From Phaeosaccion multiseriatum (Eukaryota > Protista > Ochrophyta, other classes): a stretch of 64,000 bases of DNA. The DNA lies in contig OZ218958.1 in NCBI GenBank assembly GCA_965112735.1, positions 2,790,001-2,854,000 of the forward strand, given 5' to 3'. Positions 35,960-46,657 of the stretch are shown piece by piece. The notes below the pieces were generated by a model. That model saw nothing but the letters and a program-made list of their open reading frames with translations, made no database searches and was not told where the DNA came from. Both the position numbers and the translations under genes were made by a program. Each line of letters starts with the position of its first letter. Positions within the stretch are counted from its first letter, which is position 1.

Positions 35960-37450
35960 AAATGAAGGAGGACGTACATGCCAGTATCGCAGCAGTGAGC
36001 AGGAAGGAGGAGGCAGTGGGGCAGGCGTTGAGCGGGCAGGGCAGCTACCTGGGGCTGAGTTTGGGGGGAGCAGCACCAGCAGCGGATGGTGAGAGGAGGG
36101 GGTGAGGAAGGAGCTGCTGATGCACCTCCAAGCTTTGAGAGAGGAGAAGAAGCAGCTGAGAGAGGAGAAGGCGAAAGAGGAGGCTCACGAGAGGGGTGAG
36201 AACGTACGCGAGATGGAGAAGGAGGCAAAGCTATTAGAGGAGAAAACAAGGGCCCTGGAGAGAGAGAGAAGGAGCTGATCCTCCTCCGCCTCGAAGTGCT
36301 CCCTCAGCATGCCCCAGAGGCCGCAGCCCCCACAATCCGGACGCCGAGGTAGAGGAGGGGGAGGCAGGGAGAGACAGGAAGGGTGGGTAGAAAGCGGCGG
36401 CGTTTAACCTCAGGAGGAGAGGGTGGAGAGGGCGGACGTGCTGCCTCTCATCGACTTCCCCTTCCGATTGGACCCCTGACCCTTGCAGATGTGCAGGCCA
36501 ATACAACAAGAGCCTGGAACTGCTGCAGTGGCTCCGCTCAGAAGAGGTGGGCTGTCCGTGGGACAAGCATGCGTGTCCAGAGACCATCAGGAGAGCGGAG
36601 GAAGCTGGTGGACAGTGGGACGTCAGGGGCAGTGTGAGGAGATCAAGCAGTGGGTGCATGCCCATGGGCACCCCTGCGACTGCGAGGACTGAGGAGCCAG
36701 GAGACGTGTATGTGTATGGCCTCTCATGCTCGGAGAGCGAGGTGGAGGGACTCAGCGGCGGACGTTCAATGTGGAGCAGTTGGTGCTGTGTTTCCATGTC
36801 CGTATACAGCGCCAAATCGACTTCTTTGTGGGGGAGAGGCGTGCATGGAGCCCTTGCGGCGGAAAGCTCGGGAGGGCCCCACTCAGTGTACGGGAGCGGC
36901 TGGGACACCTCACAGAGAGCATGGACAAGCCCGTTCACGCCCCGAAGGGCGGCAGAGCGGAACCGCCCTCGACTGTTGGACGTGGTGCGGTCGTCGGACC
37001 AGCGCTTCCTCCCCGCCGTCTATCTCGGCTGGTTGCTTCCACGGGAGGGGCGTGCGAAGTAGTATGGAGGCCATTTTGTGGGGTCGGCTTGTTCCCCTTA
37101 GGCAAGGCGGTGGGCTGTATGTATGCATGTGTGGCTATCGGCGTTGCTGGAGTGGTCCCACCCAGCCAGTGGCCGCCCCAAAGCTTCCTCAGTTGGGAGA
37201 GCGGGAGGTGTCGGGCAGCGGCAGACGGTGGCGGCCTTCGTGGACTCTCTCTTGGCCTGGGCGAGTCGAGGCCTGGGCCTGCGGGAGACACTCTGAGAGC
37301 AGGCAGGCAGTGTGGATGACAATGATAGTCCAAGAAGGCACAGGGTTGTCGCACCGCTGCCGAAGGGAGGGGTGGCAGGTAAGGGCTCACTCCTGGAGCA
37401 GCCACTGCAGACGCTCCCACCAGGTATCATTCTAGTAGGGCCTTTGGGCA
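35960..37450 (+). pseudogene. Coiled-coil ORF plus internally deleted ankyrin-like pseudogene (copy 2)
   Basis: ELLMHLQALREEKKQLREEK coiled coil, then sequence homologous to 47600-49716 but lacking roughly 48070-48725. Confidence 0.7.
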
Positions 37451-37456
37451 GTTCCA

Positions 37457-37674
37457 TTTTAACACTAGATTTGCGTAAGAAACTTTGGGCCCAAGGGGGA
37501 GTGCTCTTGCAGAAATGCTGAAATCTAGGGAAGGAAGGAAGTGTCGAAAGACGATAGACTATGTGTCGGTAGGCACCTCAAAGAGCTACACGAAGAGCTA
37601 GAGCGCTTCTCCCAGTGTCATTTTGCGGAGTTCTTACCAATTTGGGCGATTCTTACGCATATCGAGTGTTAAAA
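37457..37674. mobile_element. Inverted-repeat-bounded segment, copy 2, orientation A
   Basis: TTTTAACACTAGATTTGCGTAAGAA...TTCTTACGCATATCGAGTGTTAAAA. Interior order CAAGGGGG..GGAAGGAAGGAAGTG..GTAGGCA..AAGAGCTA..TTTTGCGGA. Confidence 0.8.
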
Positions 37675-37675
37675 A

Positions 37676-39097
37676 TTAATGAGGAAGGTGGTGTACCTGA
37701 AGCCCCTCGGGTAGATCTGCAGGCAGCCTGCATCTCCTCCCCACCGTAAGCTTCTTCAGCCCAACAGGTAGGCTCGGAAGAGGGCAGGAATATTGAGAAC
37801 TCAGTGTAAGAGCCCGCAGAGAGGGAGGGAGGTCCAGGGGGAGGTTAAAGTTAAGCCCCATGCGTACCTCCTCCACACCATTGGGAAGGACCACAGCCTG
37901 ATCGAACCATTGTCCAAAAGTGACCTTCTTCAGCGAGGGGGGGAGATCGATTGGCCTGTTGAACCTTGAGTCCCATGCAAATTCCAACTCCTCCAGAGAG
38001 CTTGGTAGCACCAAATCAGCCTGATCGAAGTACCAGCCAAAAGCGATCCTCTTCAGCGAGGGGGGAAGAGCGATTGGCCTGTTGAACCATGAGTCGTAGA
38101 CAAACTTCAGATCCTCCAGAGAGCTTGGTAGCACCAAATTAGCCCCACTGAAATACCTCCCAAAAGTGACCTTCTTCAGCGAGGAAGGGAGAGCGATTGG
38201 CCAGATGAAGCTTGAGTCCCGTGCAAATTGCAACTCCTCCAGAGAGCTTGGTAGCACCAAATCAGCCTGATCGAAGGCATCCCCAAAAGTGACCTTCTTC
38301 AGTGAGGAAGGGAGCACGATTGGCCAGTTGAAGCTTGAGTCCCATGCAAATTGCAACTCCTCCAGAGAGCTTGGTAGCACCAAATCAGCCTGATCGAAGT
38401 CTCTTCCAAAAGTGACCTTCTTCAGCGAGGAAGGAAGACCGATACGCCTGTTGAACCTTGAGTCCCGTGCAAACTCCACCTCCTCCACGCCGCTCGGCAC
38501 AACAATGTCGCAAGCATTGAAGAACCCGGAGAAATGCACAAGCTTGACCGACAGTGGCAACAGTGCCAGCACTTTGAGAGCAAGAGCCGTATCAAGAGAA
38601 GTCAGCTCGTCAGCACATCCGCGTTGCATGCCGAGGCGCACCGCCCTGACGCGAAAGGAGCCCGCCATACCATGGTCCGGCTGCCTCGCCCTAATCCTCC
38701 CCGACCTTCCAAGCCCTTCCACGGCATGTCTTCCTCGCATGGAGGCGGGAGGAGGGGAGGAAGCCGCAGCAAGGCGTTGAGCCTCCTCGCGCTCCCGCTG
38801 CCGCTGCTGCTTCAGCATAGTCAGTACACGCGACTGGATAGCTTGGGGCATGTCGGCGTTGATCACCAAAGCGCGGGAGGTTACCTTGTCGACCTCCTTG
38901 CATACGCCCCATAGAGCCTTGCTCGAAACACGACCGGCAACCACCCTTAATGACGCCGGCCCGCTGCTGCCGAGACTGGTGCGCTCATCTGGCAAGTGCC
39001 CCCCCGCTCCACCGGTCTTTTGATGACTTTCTTCCATCACGCCCCCCCCCCCCTTCGCACCTCCCTTCGGTGTGGTGCCCTCCATTGTATTCTCCAT
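37676..39097 (-). CDS. FNIP-repeat protein 2 (4 units plus cap), intact and intronless
   Basis: 473-aa ORF with N-terminal domain, FNxPI repeats and C-terminal cap. Confidence 0.85.
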   Translation of the reverse strand: MENTMEGTTPKGGAKGGGGVMEESHQKTGGAGGHLPDERTSLGSSGPASLRVVAGRVSSKALWGVCKEVDKVTSRALVINADMPQAIQSRVLTMLKQQRQREREEAQRLAAASSPPPASMRGRHAVEGLGRSGRIRARQPDHGMAGSFRVRAVRLGMQRGCADELTSLDTALALKVLALLPLSVKLVHFSGFFNACDIVVPSGVEEVEFARDSRFNRRIGLPSSLKKVTFGRDFDQADLVLPSSLEELQFAWDSSFNWPIVLPSSLKKVTFGDAFDQADLVLPSSLEELQFARDSSFIWPIALPSSLKKVTFGRYFSGANLVLPSSLEDLKFVYDSWFNRPIALPPSLKRIAFGWYFDQADLVLPSSLEELEFAWDSRFNRPIDLPPSLKKVTFGQWFDQAVVLPNGVEEVRMGLNFNLPLDLPPSLRALTLSSQYSCPLPSLPVGLKKLTVGRRCRLPADLPEGLQVHHLPH

Positions 39098-39231
39098 TAA
39101 TTGTGGTGGGAAAAGGTCAGACCGATTGGACTTCCGCCCACGATGCGGAAGGAGCTGGCTTGACGTGTTGGTGCTAGAATCGTCGAGGTCTCACAGCTCC
39201 AAAGGAGAGGGAACGGAGCAAAAACAAACAA

Positions 39232-39555
39232 ATGAAAAAAAAAAAGGACGTACATGCCAGTATCGCAGCAGTGAGCAGGAAGGACGAGGCAGTGGGGCAG
39301 GCGTTGAGCGGGCAGGGCAGCTACCTGGGGCTGAGTTTGGGGGGAACAGCACCAGCAGCGGATGGTGAGAGGGAGGGGGTGAGGAAGGAGCTGCTGATGC
39401 ACCTCCAAGCTTTGAGAGAGGAGAAGAAGCAGCTGAGAGAGGAGAAGGCGAAAGAGGAGGCTCACGAGAAGGGTGAGAACGTACGCGAGATGGAGAAGGA
39501 GGCAAAGCTATTAGAGGAGAAAACAAGGGCCCTGGAGAGAGAGAGAAGGAGCTGA
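39232..39555 (+). CDS. Short coiled-coil ORF divergent from FNIP gene 2
   Basis: 107 aa, containing LQALREEKKQLREEKAKEE..LLEEKTRALERE. Homologs lie at ~36080, ~47650 and ~55960. Coding status is uncertain. Confidence 0.35.
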   Translation: MKKKKDVHASIAAVSRKDEAVGQALSGQGSYLGLSLGGTAPAADGEREGVRKELLMHLQALREEKKQLREEKAKEEAHEKGENVREMEKEAKLLEEKTRALERERRS

Positions 39556-39585
39556 TCCTCCTCCGCCTCGAAGTGCTCCCTCAGC

Positions 39586-39817
39586 ATGCCCCAGAGGCCG
39601 CAGCCCGGACGCCGAGGTAGCTACGTCCTTCAGCTTCAGCTGCACAAGCAAGGCTATGTGGACCATGCCATGAGGCTGAGGATGAGAGGACAAAAGGCGA
39701 GAATGAAGGGCAAAATGGCGGACGCTCTCGAGTACATCGGGGTGGCCGCTCAATTGAATCCGGTACGTTAATTGAGCGGTGCATCGACCACGGTGAAAAA
39801 GACGAAAGAGGGAGGAA

Positions 39818-39850
<33 letters not shown>

Positions 39851-41057
39851 GAGGAGGAGGAGGAGAAGTACTCTTCGCGTCTCACTTGCTCTCGAAAGCG
39901 AAGGTCTTGCTTCAAACGAATGTACGACTACGTACATTTGCGTGTGTGCGTGTGCGTGTGTGTGTGTGCGTATGGGTGACCCTCTTGTCTTGGATTGGAT
40001 TGGGTAGACATCCCCGCCCTCTCCCTCCCCCCTCACTCTCTCTCCCCCCCCTCCCTCTCCCTATCCCTCCTCCCCCCCCCCTCTCCCCTCCCCTCACCCT
40101 CTTTCTCTCTCTCTTTCTACATACAGGGCGACGCCAGCGCCATTTACGAGGGTGCTATGGTGTACATGGAGAAGGGGCAGTACGTTCCCGCCATTATGGC
40201 GTTCGAGAAAGCCGTCCTCCTCGGATATGAGAATAAGAACGTTCACCATGAGGTAAGGAGAGAGGAGGGAGAGAGGGCAGGGGGGGGCGGGGGAGGTGGA
40301 AGCGAGGGGGGCGGAGGAGGGGAAAGAGGGGGGGGGGAGAGGGGAGAGAGAGGGAAATGGGGAGAGAAGGGAAGATGAGGAGAGAGAGAGAGAGGCATAG
40401 ATAGAGGAGATGGGGAGGGAGATGGAGATAGCAGAGAGGGGGGGAGAGAGAGTGGGAGTGAGGGAGATTTGAGAGGGAGAGTTTTCAGTTCCCGCTTTAG
40501 CTTACTCTTCCCTCCCCTCTCCTCCTCCTCCTTCCTCCTCCCTCCTCTCCACCCTTTCCACTCCTCCTTCTCCCACTCCTCCTCCTCCTTCCTCCTCCTC
40601 CTCCTCTCCCACCTACATGCCACGCCTCTCCCACCTACACGCCTAGACCCTATTCAACTTGGCGACGGCGTACAGAGAGGAGGGTCGATTGGAATATGCT
40701 TTCTACACCATCACAGCGGCATGTAACACTGAGCCCGTAACGGCTGATGCGGTGTTCGAATTGAGCGAGATTAAGAAGAGACTCAAGGAGGAGAAGGGGG
40801 AGCAGTGGATGGCGGGTGCGGATGGGCTAAGCAGCAAGGGAGGAGGAAAAGGGTTCGGTGGCATCACCAGCAGCAGCAGCAGTAGCGACAAGAAGAACAA
40901 GAAGACGGAGGCGGGGGGAGACAAGAAGAAGAAGGTGGAGAAGGAGGAGAAGGCAGTAGAGGACAGCACAGGAGGAGAGGGAGGGGAGGAATCGGATGCG
41001 AAGGATGCGGACAGCAAGGCAAATGTCGTTATCGACACGGATTTCGAGCCTCTCTGA
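39586..41057 (+). CDS. Candidate chimeric TPR-only gene; exons 39586-39762, 40127-40252, 40647-41057
   Basis: An ATG from cassette sequence (MPQRPQPGRRGS) is in frame with the duplicated exons YVLQLQL..., GDASAIYEG... and TLFNLATAY...FEPL*. Splice sites are intact. Confidence 0.45.
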
Positions 41058-42148
41058 TACGGGGACTCGGAGACCCGGGGCGGGGAGGGGGGGGGAGCCT
41101 TGTGCTTGACGGGCGCGTTGGACCTCCGACCAGGTCTGTGATCTGTGAGGATGTGCTTTCTCCTTGTGCATGTAGTGGGCAGGGAAGAAGTTGGGAGGGA
41201 GGGAGGGCTCCCGTCGAGTGCCATCCCTCCTCTGGTGACTACAGCGCGCACCCAATGCCCGTTGGTTGGGCCGTATGGCAGGCGTGGCGTGGTTCGGCTT
41301 GGCTGGGCTGGGCTTGCTTCCTTTGGTCGAGTGACGTGTGGGGCGGAAGAGGGAAGCAGGTGTGTGCGAGTACATCCCCCGCAGCCGTCGCAGCCGTTGG
41401 TCAGTCCACCGTGGGCCGAGGGACGGTATGTGTTGGCCTAGCGCAAGGCAAGGTGATGGTGAGGGTATGAGTCTTTTGATTGGTGCTGAGCTCGACAGGC
41501 GCATCGCTTCCTGCCCTCCCCCCCCCTCCTTTGGAAAGCGCACCGTGCAAGAGTGCGGCTGGCTCCCTCGATTGAGCGACCACTGCGCTGAGCTTACTTA
41601 CCCCGCGCTGCTGGAGCTGGCGGAGGTTGTCGGGTTCGTTCCTTACGGCGGCGTCTCGATCGACAAAAAAGCCTCACGCATCACCACCGCTTGCTGCCAA
41701 GGGACTCAGGCCATGCATCATGCCTGCTTGCTGCCACGGGAGGGGCGTGCGAAGTAGTATGGAGGCCATTCTGTGGGGTCGTCTTGTGCCCCTTAGGCAA
41801 GGCAGTGTGCTGTATGTATGTGTGCATATCGGCGTTGATTGAGTGGTCCCACCCAGCCAGTGACCGCCCCAAAGCTTCCTCAGTTGGGAGAGTGGGAGGT
41901 GTCGGGCAGCGGCAGACGGTGGCAGCCTTCGTGGACTCTCTCTTGGCGTGGGCGAGTGGAGGCCTGGGTCTGCGGGAGACACTCTGAGAGCAGGCAGGCA
42001 GTGTGGATGAGCGAGATAGTCCAAGAAGGCACTGGGTTGTCGCACCGCTGCCGAAGGGAGGGGTGGCGGGTAAGGGCTCACTCCTGGAGCAGCCACTGTA
42101 GACGCTCCCACCGGGTATCACTCTAGTAGGGCCTTTGGGCAATTCCAC
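39619..42148 (+). repeat. Segmental duplication of ~31319-33747 (last three oxygenase-TPR exons, introns, 3' flank)
   Basis: Near-identical exons, introns and microsatellites. The left junction ..GCCGAGGTAG|CTACGTCC coincides with the splice-acceptor AG of the donor exon. Confidence 0.92.
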
Positions 42149-42432
42149 TTTAACACTCGATTTGCGTAAGAATCGCCCAAATCGCCCCCGATAATTTTTT
42201 TGGAGTAAGTCCGCAAAATGACGCTGGGAGACGCGCTACAGCTCTTCGTGAATAGCAAAATAGCAAAATAGCTCTTTGAGATGCCTACCTACACATTTTC
42301 TCTCCTCTTTCAACACTTCCTTCCTTCCCTAGTTTTAAGTTTTCAGCATTTCCGCGGGAGCGCTCCCCCTTGCCGCCCGATCCCTAACAAACGGGCGATT
42401 TGGGCGATTCTCACGCAAATCGAGTGTTAAAA
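42149..42432. mobile_element. Inverted-repeat-bounded segment, copy 3, orientation B (inverted interior)
   Basis: Best-preserved arms: TTAACACTCGATTTGCGTAAGAATCGCCCAAATCGCCC / GGGCGATTTGGGCGATTCTCACGCAAATCGAGTGTTAA. The interior is the reverse complement of copies 1, 2 and 5. Confidence 0.88.
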
Positions 42433-43452
42433 TCAAAAAAATCAATAAAATGCACGGTGGTGTACCTGAAGCCCCTTGGGTAGATCTGCAGGCAGAGGGA
42501 ACCCCATCCCCACCGTAAGCTTCTTCAGGCCAGCAGGTAGGCTCTCCAGAGGGCAGGAGTATTCAGGACTCAGTGTAAGAGTCCGCAGAGATGGAGGGAG
42601 GTCCAGGGGAAGCTTAAAGTCACGCCCCATTTTCACCTCCTCTACACCATTGGGAAGAACCACATGCTGACTAAATCCACCTCCAAAAGTGACCTTCTTC
42701 AGCGAGGAAGGGAGGACGATTGGCCTGTTGAACACTGAGATCCATGAAAACTCCAGCACCTCCAGAGAGCTTGGTAGCACCAAATCAGCCTGATGGAAGC
42801 ATGATCCAAAAGTGACCTTCTTCAGTGAGGAAGGGAGAACGATTGGCCTGTTGAAATGTGACCAATTCGGAAACTCCAGCTCCTCCAGAGAGCTTGGTAG
42901 CACCAAATCAGCCTGATCGAAGGCTCTTCCAAAAGTGATCTTCTTCAGCGAGGAAGGGAAATCGATTGGCCTGTTGAATAATGACTCCCATGAAAACTCC
43001 AGCTCCTCCAGAGAGCTTGGTAGCACCAAATCAGCCTGATCGAAGGCTCTTCCAAAAGTGACCTTCTTCAGGGAGGAAGGAAGAGCGATAGGCCTGTTGA
43101 ACCATGAGTACTCTGAAAACTCCAGCACCTCCAGAAAGCTTGGTAGCACCAAATCAGACTGATCGAAGTGTTCTCCAAAAGTGACCTTCTTCAGTGAGGG
43201 AGGGAGAAAGATTGGCCTGTTGAACTTTGAGCTGTATGAAAACTTCAGCTCCTCCAGAGAGCTTGGTAGCACCAAATCAGCCTGATCGAAGTCTCTTCCA
43301 AGAGTGACCTTCTTCAGCGAGGCAGGGAGAGCAATTGGCCAATTGAATGCTGAGTTAGCTAAAAACTCCAGCTCCTCCAGAGAGCTTGGTAGCACCAAAT
43401 CAGGCTGATCCAAGGCTCTTCCAAAAGTGACCTTCTTCAGCGAGGAAGGGAG

Positions 43453-43608
43453 TGTTGGGATATCTCCCTCCTGGAGACTGGTGTCGTACTTGCACGAGTG
43501 TGGGAAAGCGTCTTATTAGCTACATAACACTAAAAGAAGAAGAAGTGAACGGACTTGTACCAGCGATATGAGATCGATATCTAGTGTCGACATCGATTTA
43601 TCTCAACA
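43453..43608 (-). repeat. 3' LTR
   Basis: TGTTGGGATA...TATCTCAACA, identical to 46502-46657. Confidence 0.95.
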
Positions 43609-43641
43609 CACCTCCTCGCCTGGTACTGTCCATTCCGCTAA

Positions 43642-44781
43642 CTACGCCCTAAAACCCATCATCTTTTCACGTAAAGCTACAAGTACTGCCGGGGTCACAT
43701 GCTTCGTCAAAAGGTCAGCCAACTGCGCCTTCGAAGCCACGTACTCAAATGCAATAAGAGCCTCCTTCACTGCGTCTTGCAGAAAATGAAACCGAACATC
43801 AATGTGCTTCATCCTCCGTGTCGATGCATTGCTCTCTGCCAGCTTGATACACCCCATGTTGTCCTCAAAAACAACTGTCGCCTTCGACGAGTCATCAGGG
43901 AACAAGAAACTCAATACCTGCCTAATGTATAATATTTCCTTCACACAGTCACTGGCCGCCATGTACTCGCTCTCCAGCGAAGACATCGCTACACTCAGCT
44001 GCAATCGCACACCCCAAGTGATAGCTGCACCTCCGTACATCAAAGCGTAACCAGTCGAACTCCTGCGAGTGTCAACACATGCAGCGTAATTCGCGTCTGC
44101 ATATGCTTCCAAAACACACTCGCCCTTGCCAAACACCAAAGCACGATCCACAGTACCCTTCAGGTAGCCAAACACACGCATAGCCTGCTTCCAATGCTCA
44201 GGGCCGGGGTTCTTCATATACCGCGACAACTCTCGAACAGCATAGGCAATATCAGGCCTTGTCCAGTTTGAGATCCACATCAAAACGCCCACCACACCGG
44301 GGTAGTCCTTGTCAGTCATAAAAGCTACATCAGCTGCAGACGATGGCTCCATACTCTTGCTGAGTGCTGTGCCAGACACACCGGGTGTCGAGTAAACTCG
44401 ATCAGACTCCAAACCAAACTTCACTATCATCTTCTTGATGTAGTGCTCCAATGTCAATGTGACAGTGCCTACGCTCCGGTTGAACACAACGCGCACTCCC
44501 AAAAACTGATCAACATTGGGCCCAAGTCTCTTCAACGAAAACTTGTTGTCCAGCTCTGTAAAGAGCCAGTCCACCACCTCCTGCTTTCCGCCGCAGGACA
44601 AATCATCAACAAATACAATGAGGATGCCAACAAGCTCCCCATTCTTCCACAAAACAAATAAACACGGCTCAGCGCCGCACTGTTGCCATCCAAGCTCAAG
44701 CAGAAACTTCACCAATGTCTGATACCAACGCCATGCATAGAGCGCCTTCTTCAAGCACATGACCGTGTCGTAGAGTGCCAT
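43642..44781 (-). CDS. Copia reverse transcriptase C-terminal half plus RNase H
   Basis: Motifs LKKALY, EPCLF, LIVFVDDL, TRPDIAYAV, AYADANYA, RRSSTGY, SSLESEY, FEDN, KHIDVRFHF and QLADLLTK. The RT N-terminus and the GLKQ motif are missing. Confidence 0.92.
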   Translation of the reverse strand: MALYDTVMCLKKALYAWRWYQTLVKFLLELGWQQCGAEPCLFVLWKNGELVGILIVFVDDLSCGGKQEVVDWLFTELDNKFSLKRLGPNVDQFLGVRVVFNRSVGTVTLTLEHYIKKMIVKFGLESDRVYSTPGVSGTALSKSMEPSSAADVAFMTDKDYPGVVGVLMWISNWTRPDIAYAVRELSRYMKNPGPEHWKQAMRVFGYLKGTVDRALVFGKGECVLEAYADANYAACVDTRRSSTGYALMYGGAAITWGVRLQLSVAMSSLESEYMAASDCVKEILYIRQVLSFLFPDDSSKATVVFEDNMGCIKLAESNASTRRMKHIDVRFHFLQDAVKEALIAFEYVASKAQLADLLTKHVTPAVLVALREKMMGFRA

Positions 44782-44822
44782 CCTTCAAGCGCATGACCTT
44801 GCCGTGCTCCACATACACCACC

Positions 44823-46379
44823 TCATGTGTATGACCTTGTCCTGCTCCACATACACCACCTCATGCTCTTGAAGAGGTGCATCGCCATCCTGAGCCAAAG
44901 ACAGAAGCGCACATGGAACCATATCCATTCCGTACCAATACCAGCTGGTGCCAGCCGACCAGGATATAGTTGACCAAGCCGCTGAGGCGCAGTCTCTTCC
45001 ACTACCCCTGTGCCTTCCTTCACCTCCTGCCTCAGACGTAGCTGTGGCCCCTCGTGCTCCACCTCTTGTTCGTGTAGCCGCTGCTGGGACCGCTTCCACC
45101 CCTCCTTGTGCAATAGTTGCTGGGACTGCTCACGCACCACCGCATCTGCCTGTCGCCGGCTCTGCCCAGTAGGGCATGTCGTGGCTTCGTGGTCGGGCAC
45201 CACCGGCTCCTCAACCCCTTCTCCTTGTGCGGGTACCACCGGCTCCTCAACCCCTTCTCCGTCTACATTCAAGACGAAGGTGTCGTCATCGTTCGCGGCA
45301 GAAACTCCTTGAGTGAATTCCTCGCCTTGCACACGAACTGGAGTAGGAGCTTCCATGACTGGTGCCTCCTCACTCCGGGCTGGAGTAGGAGCTTCCATGA
45401 CTGGTGCCTCCTCACTCCGGGCTGGAGCAGGAGCTTCCAAACCTGGTGCCTCCTCACTCCGTTCCTCATTCGTGGCTTCTTGCACAGTGCCTCGACGTGG
45501 AGCAGGAGCTTCCACAACCGGTGGTGCCTCCTCGCTCTCTTGTGCCTCTGCAGCGTCCATGAAGCGCTCGTCGGCATCCCTCATGATGCGTGCCAACGCT
45601 GCTTTCACTGCTGCAATGGACTCGTCGTCCATCTGATTCAACTGTGACAAAACGGACTTCACCGTGGGTCTACTGGCCACTACAGCAGACCTAAGTCCAG
45701 ACATGGCAGGCGTAAAAGCCCTGCCACCGCTCCCGCTACGAGCAGAGGTATTCACCGCTGCTGCCCGACTGGGGGAGTTCGTTACGGGCCCCACCTGGGC
45801 ACTACGTAACCCTCGCAGATGGAGTTCTCTGTAGTCAATGCCAGACCGCGTACGCAAGCCATAGCCGCTGCCGGAAGGAGCTGAATCAGCTCGAAGCTCC
45901 TCCGGCCTTCTAGTACTCAAAACCCCATCCTTTTTCTTGCTCGCTTGATCCTGGAGCCACCGCTCTTTGAGCCAACGACGTGACTCCTCTCTCGAAGCTC
46001 TGATGGACTTCACCGTGGGTCTACTGGCCACTGCAGCAGACCTTAGTCCAGACATGGCAGGCGTAGACGCTCTGCCACCGCTCCCGCTACGAGCAGAGGG
46101 ATTCACCGCTGCTGCCCGCCTGGGGGATTCAGTTGCGGGCCCCACCTGGGCACTACGCAACCCACACAGGTAGAGGTCTGAGTGTTCGATACCTGACCGC
46201 CTACGCAAGTCATAATGGATGCTGACGGAAGGAGCTGAATCAGCTCGTAGCCCCTCCTGCCTTCCACTCAAAACCCCCTCCTGTCTCGTGCTCTCTTGGT
46301 CGCGGAGCCACCGCTCCTTGATCGCACGACGTGCCTTCTCCCTCGAAGCTCTAGACACTCGTCGGTCCGCCATACCCAA
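44823..46379 (-). CDS. Unknown repeat-rich ORF occupying the gag/PR/IN position of the Copia element
   Basis: 518 aa with a ~117-aa duplication (ERWL.DQ..LRADSAPS..YxLRxRSGI..GLRSAQVGP) plus 14-aa and 13-aa tandem repeats. No CCHC, protease or integrase motifs were seen. Confidence 0.45.
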   Translation of the reverse strand: MGMADRRVSRASREKARRAIKERWLRDQESTRQEGVLSGRQEGLRADSAPSVSIHYDLRRRSGIEHSDLYLCGLRSAQVGPATESPRRAAAVNPSARSGSGGRASTPAMSGLRSAAVASRPTVKSIRASREESRRWLKERWLQDQASKKKDGVLSTRRPEELRADSAPSGSGYGLRTRSGIDYRELHLRGLRSAQVGPVTNSPSRAAAVNTSARSGSGGRAFTPAMSGLRSAVVASRPTVKSVLSQLNQMDDESIAAVKAALARIMRDADERFMDAAEAQESEEAPPVVEAPAPRRGTVQEATNEERSEEAPGLEAPAPARSEEAPVMEAPTPARSEEAPVMEAPTPVRVQGEEFTQGVSAANDDDTFVLNVDGEGVEEPVVPAQGEGVEEPVVPDHEATTCPTGQSRRQADAVVREQSQQLLHKEGWKRSQQRLHEQEVEHEGPQLRLRQEVKEGTGVVEETAPQRLGQLYPGRLAPAGIGTEWIWFHVRFCLWLRMAMHLFKSMRWCMWSRTRSYT

Positions 46380-46501
46380 TGCAGCGTGGCAGACGCACCA
46401 GTGCTAAAATCTGCTCCGACCGTTTCAACTTCCCGTACTCATCCCGTACTTTACGTCCACCGCTGCACTAATGCGCATTAGATTTCAACCGACAATTGTC
46501 G

Positions 46502-46657
46502 TGTTGGGATATCTCCCTCCTGGAGACTGGTGTCGTACTTGCACGAGTGTGGGAAAGCGTCTTATTAGCTACATAACACTAAAAGAAGAAGAAGTGAACG
46601 GACTTGTACCAGCGATATGAGATCGATATCTAGTGTCGACATCGATTTATCTCAACA
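46502..46657 (-). repeat. 5' LTR
   Basis: Identical to 43453-43608 and followed by TSD GGGAG. Confidence 0.95.

Larger units (their letters stand above)
43453..46657 (-). mobile_element. Non-autonomous Ty1/Copia LTR retrotransposon (3.2 kb)
   Basis: Identical 156-bp TG..CA LTRs (43453-43608 and 46502-46657), 5-bp TSD GGGAG, purine tract GGCGAGGAGGTG before the 3' LTR, and a Copia RT-RNase H ORF. Confidence 0.95.
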
